NCBI GenBank assembly: GCA_002383665.1
Contig: DFZI01000047.1
Location: forward strand, 1-43,659
Direction of reading: 5' to 3'
Length of the DNA stretch: 43,659 nucleotides
Origin: Dehalococcoidia bacterium UBA4060
Lineage (GTDB): Bacteria > Chloroflexota > Dehalococcoidia > GIF9 > UBA5629
The position numbers were made by a program, and so were the translations under genes. The notes beneath the pieces are model-generated. The model made no database searches and had not been told where the DNA came from. It saw only the letters and a program-made list of their open reading frames with translations. Shown here in pieces: positions 33,015 through 41,139 of the stretch (positions are counted from its first letter, which is position 1; every line of letters begins with the position of its first letter).

Positions 33015-33741
33015 ATTCAGTCACCTCTTTTGATTTTGCTCCGGCTTTACGCCGGGATTTTTTTATATCGTTATTGCCCTGTACAACAATGGTAAACTCG
33101 CCTCGTGCCTGCTTGAAGTATACGGCAGCCTCGCTGAGACTGGCACGATAGACTTCCTCATGCAGCTTGGTCATCTCACGGCAGACGGCCACCTGTCTGT
33201 CGCCCAGCGTCTCCAGCATGGCCTGCAGCGAATCTTGCACCCTGTGAGGCGACTCGAAGCAGATGATTGTCCGCGTTTCACTGCTTACCTCTGAGAGTAG
33301 TTTCCTCTTCTCTCCTTTCTTGCGCGGCAGGAAACCCAGATAGAGGAACTGGTCAGTGGGCAGCCCCGAAACAGCCATAGCAGTCGTCAGTGCCGATGCC
33401 CCCGGCAGGACTTCAACTTTTAATCCCCGTCCGATAGCTCCCCGGATTAGCTCATAGCCCGGATCGCTGATGCCAGGCATGCCTGCCTCCGATATGAGGG
33501 CAACATCCTTTTCTGCCAGCATCTCCAGCAGTCGTGGCATCTTCTCCTGCCTGTTATGCTCAAAATAGCTGGTTAGCCGTGTCTTGATGTTGTACCTGTT
33601 AAGGAGCTTGCGTGCCGTCCTGGTATCCTCCGCCGCTATCAGGTCCACCTCGCCCAGCACACGCAAAGCCCTGAGCGTGATATCCTCGAGATTCCCAATA
33701 GGTGTGGCTACGATATACAAAACCGGCACAATTACGCCCAT
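32953..33741 (-). CDS. rsmI: 16S rRNA (cytidine1402-2'-O)-methyltransferase RsmI
   Basis: LYIVATPIGNLEDITLRALRVL...IAAEDTR. Start taken at the ATG at 33741 (MGVIVPVLY). Confidence 0.85.
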   Translation of the reverse strand: MGVIVPVLYIVATPIGNLEDITLRALRVLGEVDLIAAEDTRTARKLLNRYNIKTRLTSYFEHNRQEKMPRLLEMLAEKDVALISEAGMPGISDPGYELIRGAIGRGLKVEVLPGASALTTAMAVSGLPTDQFLYLGFLPRKKGEKRKLLSEVSSETRTIICFESPHRVQDSLQAMLETLGDRQVAVCREMTKLHEEVYRASLSEAAVYFKQARGEFTIVVQGNNDIKKSRRKAGAKSKEVTEYAREIPQGGKLNRHGKVRRL

Positions 33742-33803
33742 TATTATATCCCAATTCAGCAGTGAGGGTCTACAAGCACACTTATTTTGACGCTTACACA
33801 AGC

Positions 33804-33833
33804 TTGACTTATTATGCCTGGTTTTGTTATAGT
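33804..33833 (+). promoter_or_regulatory. Candidate promoter of the IMPDH-family gene
   Basis: TTGACT (33804-33809), 18 nt, TGtTATAGT (33825-33833). This supports the ATG at 33862 (GAGG SD) over the listed ATG at 33814. Confidence 0.45.
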
Positions 33834-33861
33834 TTCCGCTAACCATTTTCTGAGGTCTATT

Positions 33862-35007
33862 ATGTCTTTACCTAAATTTAAGGAACTGGAAAGGGCCTAC
33901 GGCTTCGATGAGGTTGCCATCGTGCCCGGAGATGTCACAGCCAATCCCGATCAGACTAATATAGAGATGAAAATCCGTGATATCACATTCGCCATACCCA
34001 TTGTGGCAGCGGCCATGGATGCCGTGGTGGACACCGATTTTGCCATCGCCTTCAGCAAGGCCGGCGGGCTGCCCATCCTGAACTGCGACGGCATTCAAGT
34101 CAGGTATGAAAATCCCGAGGAAACCCTGGCTGAGATCATTCAGGCCCCTGATAGTGAAGTTACCGCCCTCATGCAGAAAATCTACAGCGAGCCGATCAAG
34201 GAAAACCTCGTTGCCAAACGTATCAAGAAAATAAAGAAGACCGGCGCAATCTGCGCTATTTCCCTGGTACCGGCCAATACCAAGAAGCTCGCGCCCCTGG
34301 CTGAAGAGGCAGGGGCTGATATTATAGTTGTGCAGTCCACCGTCACAACCGCACGCCATATCTCCAAGAGCTACCGCGGCCTGAGCTTCACCGATCTCTG
34401 CCACCAGCTACACGTCCCCGTTATCGTGGGCAACGCCGTCACATACTCCTCAGCACTCGAGCTTATGCGGACAGGTATAGACGGGCTGCTGGTGGGTATC
34501 GGCCCCGGCGCCGCCTGCACCACACGTGAGGTGCTGGGGGTGGGCGTTCCACAGGTGACCGCCACCATCGACTGCGCAGCCGCCCGCGATGTCTATTTCA
34601 AGGAAAGCGGACGCTACGTGTCGGTCATCACTGATGGTGGTATCCGCATCGGCAGCGATATGTGCAAGGCTTTCGCTGCAGGAGCTGATGGTGTAGTTTT
34701 CGGTTCCATCCTCACACGCGCCGCTGAAGCGCCGGGCAAAGGCTATCACTGGGGCATGTCACAGCCCTCCGCCACACTGCCCAGAGGCACCCGCATCAGG
34801 ACCACGGTCAACTCAACACTGGAAAGGATACTTTTCGGGCCCAGCTCACGCACGGATGGTACGGAGAACTATGTGGGCGCACTGCGCAATTCCATGGGTG
34901 TCTGCGGCGCACTCACAATGAGAGAGTTTCAGAAATCAAAGCTGGTGATCGCTCCATCAATTAAGACCGAAGGCAAATATTTCCAGGCTCTGCAGCATAG
35001 CTACTAA
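33862..35007 (+). CDS. IMP dehydrogenase-family protein without CBS pair (GuaB3-like)
   Basis: YGFDEVAIVPG, VGIGPGAACTTREVLGVGVPQ and ITDGGIR. At about 381 aa it has no CBS insertion. Collinear with mycobacterial GuaB3-type proteins. Confidence 0.8.
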   Translation: MSLPKFKELERAYGFDEVAIVPGDVTANPDQTNIEMKIRDITFAIPIVAAAMDAVVDTDFAIAFSKAGGLPILNCDGIQVRYENPEETLAEIIQAPDSEVTALMQKIYSEPIKENLVAKRIKKIKKTGAICAISLVPANTKKLAPLAEEAGADIIVVQSTVTTARHISKSYRGLSFTDLCHQLHVPVIVGNAVTYSSALELMRTGIDGLLVGIGPGAACTTREVLGVGVPQVTATIDCAAARDVYFKESGRYVSVITDGGIRIGSDMCKAFAAGADGVVFGSILTRAAEAPGKGYHWGMSQPSATLPRGTRIRTTVNSTLERILFGPSSRTDGTENYVGALRNSMGVCGALTMREFQKSKLVIAPSIKTEGKYFQALQHSY

Positions 35008-35624
35008 GCGGAAAGAAAGACCGATACACCAAAATAAATCCCGAAGCCAATCAAAACGAGAGCGCAGATCGAAAAGATTATTTTTTGCACGCGCGGAGTC
35101 CACAGGTGCTTGGTCTTGTATACTGTGACCGAGAGAAACTGATCCCAGCCGATGTCACAGGCCAGATGCAAAATCACAAAGACCGCCATCCCCATCACGC
35201 CAAATGTAGCAGCCATGGCTATCAGCGTTACGCCAATAGTAGCCCACCATAGCAGGAAGTAAGGGTTTCCCCCCGTCATGAGCATGCCTGTCACCAGCGG
35301 GCTATGGGTTAGCCTGTCAGCCGCTTCCACCGGATTTTTAAATGTAAAAAAAATCAATGAACCCATCACAACCAGCAGCAGGCCTCCGGCCACACCAGTT
35401 ACCTGCCTGACTACAGGCATACTCAAATAAGCAGCAAAGCCGAAATAGACAAGGGCTATGATAGGCAGCTCAATAATCCCATGTCCGACGCCAATCATCA
35501 GTCCGGCATCCCTGTTACGATAGCCACTGGCGATAGTGGCTGCGGTCAGAGGGCCGGGCAGCATCACGCCTGACAGTGAGATGCCTACCGTGGTCAGGAT
35601 GAACAGCCAGAAGTCAGCGGACAT
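35004..35624 (-). CDS. LysE/RhtB-family efflux membrane protein
   Basis: A six-TM profile of about 200 aa, with an N-terminal LPGPLTAATIASG motif. Confidence 0.6.
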   Translation of the reverse strand: MSADFWLFILTTVGISLSGVMLPGPLTAATIASGYRNRDAGLMIGVGHGIIELPIIALVYFGFAAYLSMPVVRQVTGVAGGLLLVVMGSLIFFTFKNPVEAADRLTHSPLVTGMLMTGGNPYFLLWWATIGVTLIAMAATFGVMGMAVFVILHLACDIGWDQFLSVTVYKTKHLWTPRVQKIIFSICALVLIGFGIYFGVSVFLSA

Positions 35625-35660
35625 TATGCTCTCAAGTCTGTATGGTCAAACGACACAGCG

Positions 35661-36452
35661 CTAATCACCGTCATCGCCATCGCCATCGCCATCACCATCA
35701 CCACCATCCTCCTCTTTCTCCGGTACCACCCCTATGATTGGCACAAGGGGGACATCCTTTGGACCCTTTTTCCGGGCCGGTTTAGGCAACGCTTTTATAG
35801 TTTCAGATAGTGCCTTCACCTCCTCCGCATGTGTAGCAGCGCTAAGCAAAAGGCACTTGACACCGGCCTCACGCAGGGCAGTAAGCTCCACTACCGAAAG
35901 GGAGTTGCCTGTCCGCGCAATGATGGGCTGGCCACTGAAATCAGCAGCACGCCGGCAGGACATCATATGCCCAACCATGAAGGGAGATGCTGTCAGATCC
36001 ACCAGCACAGCATCCACACCGGGATAGAGGTTGTTTACTGAGCGCATCAGCCCAGCATCGGCCGCCAGATCCAGACTTAGCACTTTTCCTGTCTGCTCCA
36101 AAGTCCATCCCTCAAAAGCTCTGAGTGGCAATTCTGGCCCGTAGACGATGAAATCGATTCCACCGTTGGCTACCTTCATCCCAGCCGGTTTACCGTTGGA
36201 TAACAACAACCCCACAGGCAGTCCAGCACTGCTCAACTTTGACAGTACGCCCGCAGTTAGTCCGGAGATATCTACCAATCCTGCAGCTACCCCGGCAGCC
36301 ATGAGGTCCCTGATCTCGTCAGCGCTTTTTCCGGCAAGTTCCACCATGAGCAGCATAGGCTCAGGCTTTTCTTCATTGTTCGACCTTCCAAATCCCAGAG
36401 GCGGGATCATGGCCTTATTCAAATTCGCCAGCTTATCTATGAACTTGCTCAT
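35661..36452 (-). CDS. Hypothetical protein with alternating beta/alpha pattern and an acidic (Gly-Asp)n C-terminal tail
   Basis: Start set to the ATG at 36452 (MSKFIDK), with AAGGAGA upstream and directly after the stop of the upstream gene. I recognised no family motif. Confidence 0.55.
   Translation of the reverse strand: MSKFIDKLANLNKAMIPPLGFGRSNNEEKPEPMLLMVELAGKSADEIRDLMAAGVAAGLVDISGLTAGVLSKLSSAGLPVGLLLSNGKPAGMKVANGGIDFIVYGPELPLRAFEGWTLEQTGKVLSLDLAADAGLMRSVNNLYPGVDAVLVDLTASPFMVGHMMSCRRAADFSGQPIIARTGNSLSVVELTALREAGVKCLLLSAATHAEEVKALSETIKALPKPARKKGPKDVPLVPIIGVVPEKEEDGGDGDGDGDGDDGD
35664..35711 (-). repeat. In-frame hexanucleotide microsatellite encoding EEDGGDGDGDGDGDDGD
   Basis: The plus strand reads (ATCGCC)x3 (ATCACC)x2, flanked by related units, at the 3' end of the CDS. 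Confidence 0.8.
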
Positions 36453-36480
36453 ACCGAAGAAGTCTCCTTTTCCCTTATTT

Positions 36481-37401
36481 TCACCATTGCCGGATATCGA
36501 AGGCCAGCACTCTGCCCATGCTGGGCCAGGTCTGCATCTGTCCCGGCTGTGGAAAGATGGATACCGGAGCATACTCACCACCCACCGACACGTTCACAAT
36601 CTTGTCGGCATAAAAGCCCTGGGAGGATGAGGTATCATCGATATACACAAGGCCTCTATCCGTGGTCTCGAACATGTTCAGTGAGTGATTGACAATGACC
36701 TCATCGCCGGGCGCCTGCAGCTCCACAGCTACAATCCCGGCACGTATGCCAGCATCCTCGGCATTATTGTGCAATCTTTCAGCAAAATCACCACAGGTAA
36801 ACTTGCCTGGCACATAGCTCCATTTGTCAGTTGTATCAGATTGGAGAAAAGCTTTAAGTTGCTCCCACGTAGGATTGCGGGCAGACGGATTGTTGCGCAG
36901 GATGATATAATGTTCGTCTGCACCCACCATCACGGCATCTCCATAAAATACATATTCCTCATTGTCATTCAGCTTCGGCAGCACGATCAGGGCATCAGGG
37001 GACGGAGATGGGGATGAGGAGGACGAGGCCGTGACAGCAGTACTGGCCACTTTAATAAAAGGCTTGACATTGATGATGACTGAGCTGACCACAGTCCCAC
37101 CTGCATTGGTGGCAGTCAGGTTGTAGGCGGAAAGGCCGGAAGGCTTGATCTGAACATTGCCGCTGGCTTCCACGCTGCCCACACCACCATCGATAACTAT
37201 TCTTTCGGCTCCCGTAACCTCCCAACGCAACGTTGTAGATGCACCGTTTTCCAGATTGGACTGGTCTGCCCTGAACAGCATGACCTGTGGAGGGGGCACC
37301 TCCTGCACCATTAGCTCAGTACCGGGAGCAAAAGGCAACAGCGAACAAGCTCCCATTAATACGGAGGAAAGTAAGATTAAAACAGTTAAAATCCGTATCA
37401 T
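36481..37401 (-). CDS. Secreted lipoprotein: Ig-like domain, Ser-rich linker, transglutaminase-like Cys-His-Asp domain
   Basis: Lipobox LMGAC. The Ig-like region reads TLRWEVTGAERIVIDGG...YNLTATNAGG. The candidate catalytic triad context is FTCGDFAERL, then VNHSLNMFE, then VYIDDT. Confidence 0.65.
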   Translation of the reverse strand: MIRILTVLILLSSVLMGACSLLPFAPGTELMVQEVPPPQVMLFRADQSNLENGASTTLRWEVTGAERIVIDGGVGSVEASGNVQIKPSGLSAYNLTATNAGGTVVSSVIINVKPFIKVASTAVTASSSSSPSPSPDALIVLPKLNDNEEYVFYGDAVMVGADEHYIILRNNPSARNPTWEQLKAFLQSDTTDKWSYVPGKFTCGDFAERLHNNAEDAGIRAGIVAVELQAPGDEVIVNHSLNMFETTDRGLVYIDDTSSSQGFYADKIVNVSVGGEYAPVSIFPQPGQMQTWPSMGRVLAFDIRQW

Positions 37402-37544
37402 AATTTGTATGCCCGTTTTTTCGATTCCTGAATAACAGTATAGCTTTACCTACAGTCCAGAGCAAAAATATAAGTGGAAAACCGACACTGCCAATTAATT
37501 TATATATAGCAATAGGTATCGACCGCTGCTTGTGGCCGCTTTGA

Positions 37545-37835
37545 TCGGGCCTCCGCAATACCCTGTCTTCCCATCTGACAGTACATCACCATGAACGGCT
37601 GGATGACTCAGGCTACCCTCACGGCATCAGCGGTGATAAGTTAAGCCTCGAAGTCCGCATCCTCGGCGTGTGTGATGTGGTGGAGGCAATGAGTTCTCAC
37701 CGACCTTACCGGCCTGCAAAGGACATCGATGAGGTGCTACAGGAGATCAAGAACGGCCGGGGAACAAAGTACGATGCCGACGTGGTAGATATAATGCTGC
37801 AGGTGATTGAAAGCGGCGAATTTCAACCTGAATGA
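37545..37835 (+). pseudogene. 3' remnant of an HD-GYP domain phosphodiesterase gene
   Basis: In-frame translation gives HHHERLDDSGYPHGISGDKLSLEVRILGVCDVVEAMSSHRPYRPAKDIDEVLQEIKNGRGTKYDADVVDIML...*. No start codon and no HD half. A TGA lies at 37542, and the upstream sequence is AT-rich and non-coding. Confidence 0.65.
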
Positions 37836-37882
37836 TCCCATGCAAGTATAGACAGAATGCCCTGTCGGCTGGAAGAAAGATT

Positions 37883-38907
37883 TTATTCAGGAGGCACGGG
37901 AAGCTCAACAATGAAAGTGGCTCCCTGCCCGGGCATGCTTTCAGCATAAATATTGCCGTTGTGCTCACTGATAATGCCATAGCTGATGCTCAGCCCTAAG
38001 CCAGTGCCCTTCCCGGGCTCCTTGGTAGTGAAAAACGGGTCAAAAATGTTGGGCAAAATCCTGGCAGGGATACCGGGGCCATCATCCTTGAAAATGGATC
38101 GCACAATATTTTTATGTAGCGATGTGAAAACCGTGAGCGTGCCACCCTTATGCGCATCGATCATAAAATACTCGGCATTAAGTATGATATTAAGAAATAC
38201 CTGCTGTATCTGTGCCACATCCATCATGAGCGAAGGTAGATCCTGCGCCAGGTTGGTGTAGACCCTGATGCCAGACTTCCTCATATAGCTGCGTCTTAGC
38301 TTCAATACTCCCTGGATCGCCACATTGATATCCGCCTTCCTCATATCAGGCTTCTGCCCCCGGGCAAAGATGAGGAAATCCTTCAGGATGCTTGTAGCAC
38401 GGTTAGCCTCCCGGTTGATGCCGCTGATATCCGCCCTGATGCCGTCCGGCACGTCTGTACACTCCAGGATAAGCTGGGAAAGTCCGATTATGCCGGTAAG
38501 TGGATTACTTATCTCATGCACCAGCCCTGCTGCCATCTCCCCCAGCGAAAAGAGCCCACCTTCCTCAGCTTTTTGAATGTCTTCTGCCAGGAGAGGTAAT
38601 CATAGGTAACATCTATATCCGGCACCTTCATACCCTGCATCTCCTGCAGAGTGTATCCAAGAAAGCGACAGACAGCATTATTAACGGCGATGAACCTGGC
38701 ATCGGCATCCACCAGATAAACAAAATCAGACGATCTCATCATCAAGTTAAGCAATGATGCCGGGAGCTGTATGCGGGGAGAGATAAGACCAGACGAAGTA
38801 TCGGCCGGCAATGCGAGCCCGCCAGCTATAATGCCTTCGTTTCGAAAGATACTGCTGACTTCTTCCTCAGCCTGTGGCCTATTTTCCATGCTCATAAAAA
38901 AGCACAT
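37883..38907 (-). pseudogene. PAS-histidine kinase disrupted by a frameshift or internal deletion (PAS ORF 38509-38907; HisKA/HATPase ORF 37883-38536)
   Basis: The kinase core is intact: H-box HEISNPL, N box, DDGPGI, GTGLGLS. Its frame is open upstream only to LPLLAEDIQKAEEGGLFSLGEMAAGLVHE. The PAS ORF stops after about 45 aa of a PAS fold, in another frame. Confidence 0.55.
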
Positions 38908-39252
38908 CCTCGCATACGCCGCATAAGATGTGCTCTATCAAATTGATCGAACCGTGATATTTGAGAAATATGGCCGACCTCTTTTTTTATTTGTTTTACT
39001 CTACGCCCATGGTAAACGATTTGCCAATGCGAATAAATACAAAAACCTGAAATACCTGAAATAAATGATAAAAGTCACATCATTGAGGTTATCATCATCA
39101 TAAAATCAATTATAATCAATGGTTCAGCAGGATTGACATTCTTACAGCAGCAAACTACTGTTAAATATAATGTAGCTTACAGATGACATCCGTGGTAAGC
39201 CGCTTCGTAATGATTAAAAATTCAGCACAAAATATTATTGGAAAGGAATACC

Positions 39253-40485
39253 ATGCACAGTGATTTGAAAGAGGCTCTTATTAAAACTTTTGACGGGCGT
39301 GTAGCCTTCCATAAGATTGAAAGGGAGCTATATTCTTCTGACATCGGTTATCTACCGGCAGTGGCTAAAATGCAGATCAAATCTTTGCCCGATGCCGTAG
39401 TACAACCTAAATCAGTTGGCGAGTTACAGGAATTATTTGAGCTGGCAACAAAATACTCTATTCCGCTTGTACCGAGGGGTGCAGGCACTACAGGGTACGG
39501 AGGCGTCATACCAACCAAAGGCGAGATCGGCTACTGGGTAGGCTGCAATGCGTCGTTTAACCAGGAGACTCGCAATCTACCCGTTAACAGCATCCGCATC
39601 TTGAATAAAGCCGGCATTGAGCCGGCCTATCTTGCCCAAGATGAATGGTGCTGCGGAGGAGGCGTCTATTCCGCAGGATGCATTAACGAAATTGAAGACA
39701 CCTTTAAACACAATATGGAAGAATTCCATAAAAGGGGCATCAAGACCCTTATTACTTCCTGTGGAAGCTGTTTTTACTATCTGGGCTACCTTTATCCCAT
39801 TCTGGCCCAACAGTACGGAGTTGAGTATAACATCAAGGTCAGGCACATCACGGACTTCATCGACGAGCTTATCAGGCAGGATAAAATCAAACTGAAGTTC
39901 CCGTTAAAATTCAGCGTTACCTATCATGATCCCTGCCATGTGTCCTGTGCAGGAGGAGTCATCGATGCTCCCCGGCACATACTGGCAGCAGTGCCGAGAC
40001 TGGAGGTCGTCGAAATGCCACACCACGGGGCCGATACACTCTGCTGCGGACGTCATACCAGCCGCTATCCTAAATACGGCAATGCCGTGATCACCAGACG
40101 TCTGAATGAGGCATTCGATACAAATATACCAGCCATGGTTACAGGTTGTCCGACCTGCGAGACCAATTTTCGCAATGCGTTACAATTTTCACCCAGGTCA
40201 TTGGAGATATTCGATATTACAGATATTGTGGCGGAAAGCATGGGTCTGCCCACGCTTGTCGGGGCCAGGATCAAAAAAATCATTAAAGGGCAAGTTGAGG
40301 CGGGCGAGAAACCGGAGCCGACTAAAGTATTCCTTTCCGAGGAAGAGTTGGCCAAGGAAAATAACCTTTTCAGACCACATAATGAAACCTACGGGAAACT
40401 GCACGCCCGAAAAGGCAGCATCAAAACCATAAGTGAAACGCTGGGTGAAAGCACGGATAATACGTCAGTCCCTAAATCTTGTTAA
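39253..40485 (+). CDS. HdrB/GlcF-like double CCG-domain protein carrying an about 90-aa FAD_binding_4 N-terminal stub
   Basis: The N-terminus AVVQPKSVGELQELFELATKYSIPLVPRGAGTTGYGG is GlcD-like. Two full CCG modules follow: VGC...WCCGGG...SCGSC and DPCH...LCCGRH...GCPTC. Start taken at the ATG at 39253. Confidence 0.7.
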   Translation: MHSDLKEALIKTFDGRVAFHKIERELYSSDIGYLPAVAKMQIKSLPDAVVQPKSVGELQELFELATKYSIPLVPRGAGTTGYGGVIPTKGEIGYWVGCNASFNQETRNLPVNSIRILNKAGIEPAYLAQDEWCCGGGVYSAGCINEIEDTFKHNMEEFHKRGIKTLITSCGSCFYYLGYLYPILAQQYGVEYNIKVRHITDFIDELIRQDKIKLKFPLKFSVTYHDPCHVSCAGGVIDAPRHILAAVPRLEVVEMPHHGADTLCCGRHTSRYPKYGNAVITRRLNEAFDTNIPAMVTGCPTCETNFRNALQFSPRSLEIFDITDIVAESMGLPTLVGARIKKIIKGQVEAGEKPEPTKVFLSEEELAKENNLFRPHNETYGKLHARKGSIKTISETLGESTDNTSVPKSC

Positions 40486-40506
40486 TATTTAATAAGGAGG
40501 AGAACC

Positions 40507-41037
40507 ATGACACCGGAAGAGAGAGAAGAAATACTGGACAGGGTACAGCAAAAAGCAACCTCATACCAGTTTGAGTATAGGGGCTGCGGTCAGACCCCAT
40601 TAGCCGCCCTGGTGGAAGAATTTAACCTGTCGGATAACAGCGATGGCTTCAAAGCCGCCAATTTTTTCGGGTATGGCATCGTACGTGAGATGGATGTCTG
40701 CGGCGCCCTGTTAGGAGCGATCATGGCTATCGGAATGGCTGCAGGCAGGTCAAATTTCGACGAGCCCCTCTACCCGGACGCAAAGGATATTGACCCGGCC
40801 ACCGGCCTCGCCAAGTCCGCAGTAAAAATCAGGGAGCTTTATCAGAAATTTGTCGATAAATACGGCGGCACTACCTGCCGCGCTCTGCAGGAAACCAATT
40901 TCGAAAAGGTATATGAACTGGCCGACCCCAAGCAGAGCAACGTCTTCTCAGAGATGCACGGCGAGGATTGTGCCGAGGTTGTCGGACAGGTGGCACGCTG
41001 GGCGGCTGAGGTAATACTGGATATACCCAGGCGGTAA
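40507..41037 (+). CDS. Putative redox-active Cys protein (C_GCAxxG_C_C family)
   Basis: Four spaced Cys motifs: YRGCGQTPLAAL, DVCGALLGAIMAIG, GGTTCRAL and EDCAEVVG. AAGGAGGAG SD. Confidence 0.7.
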   Translation: MTPEEREEILDRVQQKATSYQFEYRGCGQTPLAALVEEFNLSDNSDGFKAANFFGYGIVREMDVCGALLGAIMAIGMAAGRSNFDEPLYPDAKDIDPATGLAKSAVKIRELYQKFVDKYGGTTCRALQETNFEKVYELADPKQSNVFSEMHGEDCAEVVGQVARWAAEVILDIPRR

Positions 41038-41139
41038 ATATCACCGGCATCTGCCGTATATTGAATAAACTATCTATAAATATTAAGCCACTGATATAAA
41101 ACCAGCCGGCGAAAATATTTATTTGGGGGAGGTAATACA

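Noticed and set aside
33868-34404. 178-aa minus-strand ORF
   Set aside because: It is antisense to the IMPDH-family gene, with no SD and no motif. I made the same judgement for the antisense ORFs at 8924-9463, 20213-20701, 22821-23342, 15115-15585, 36148-36630 and 42061-42591.
37316-37558. 80-aa minus-strand ORF upstream of the lipoprotein gene
   Set aside because: It overlaps the lipoprotein signal-peptide region and AT-rich intergenic DNA. It has no SD or motif.
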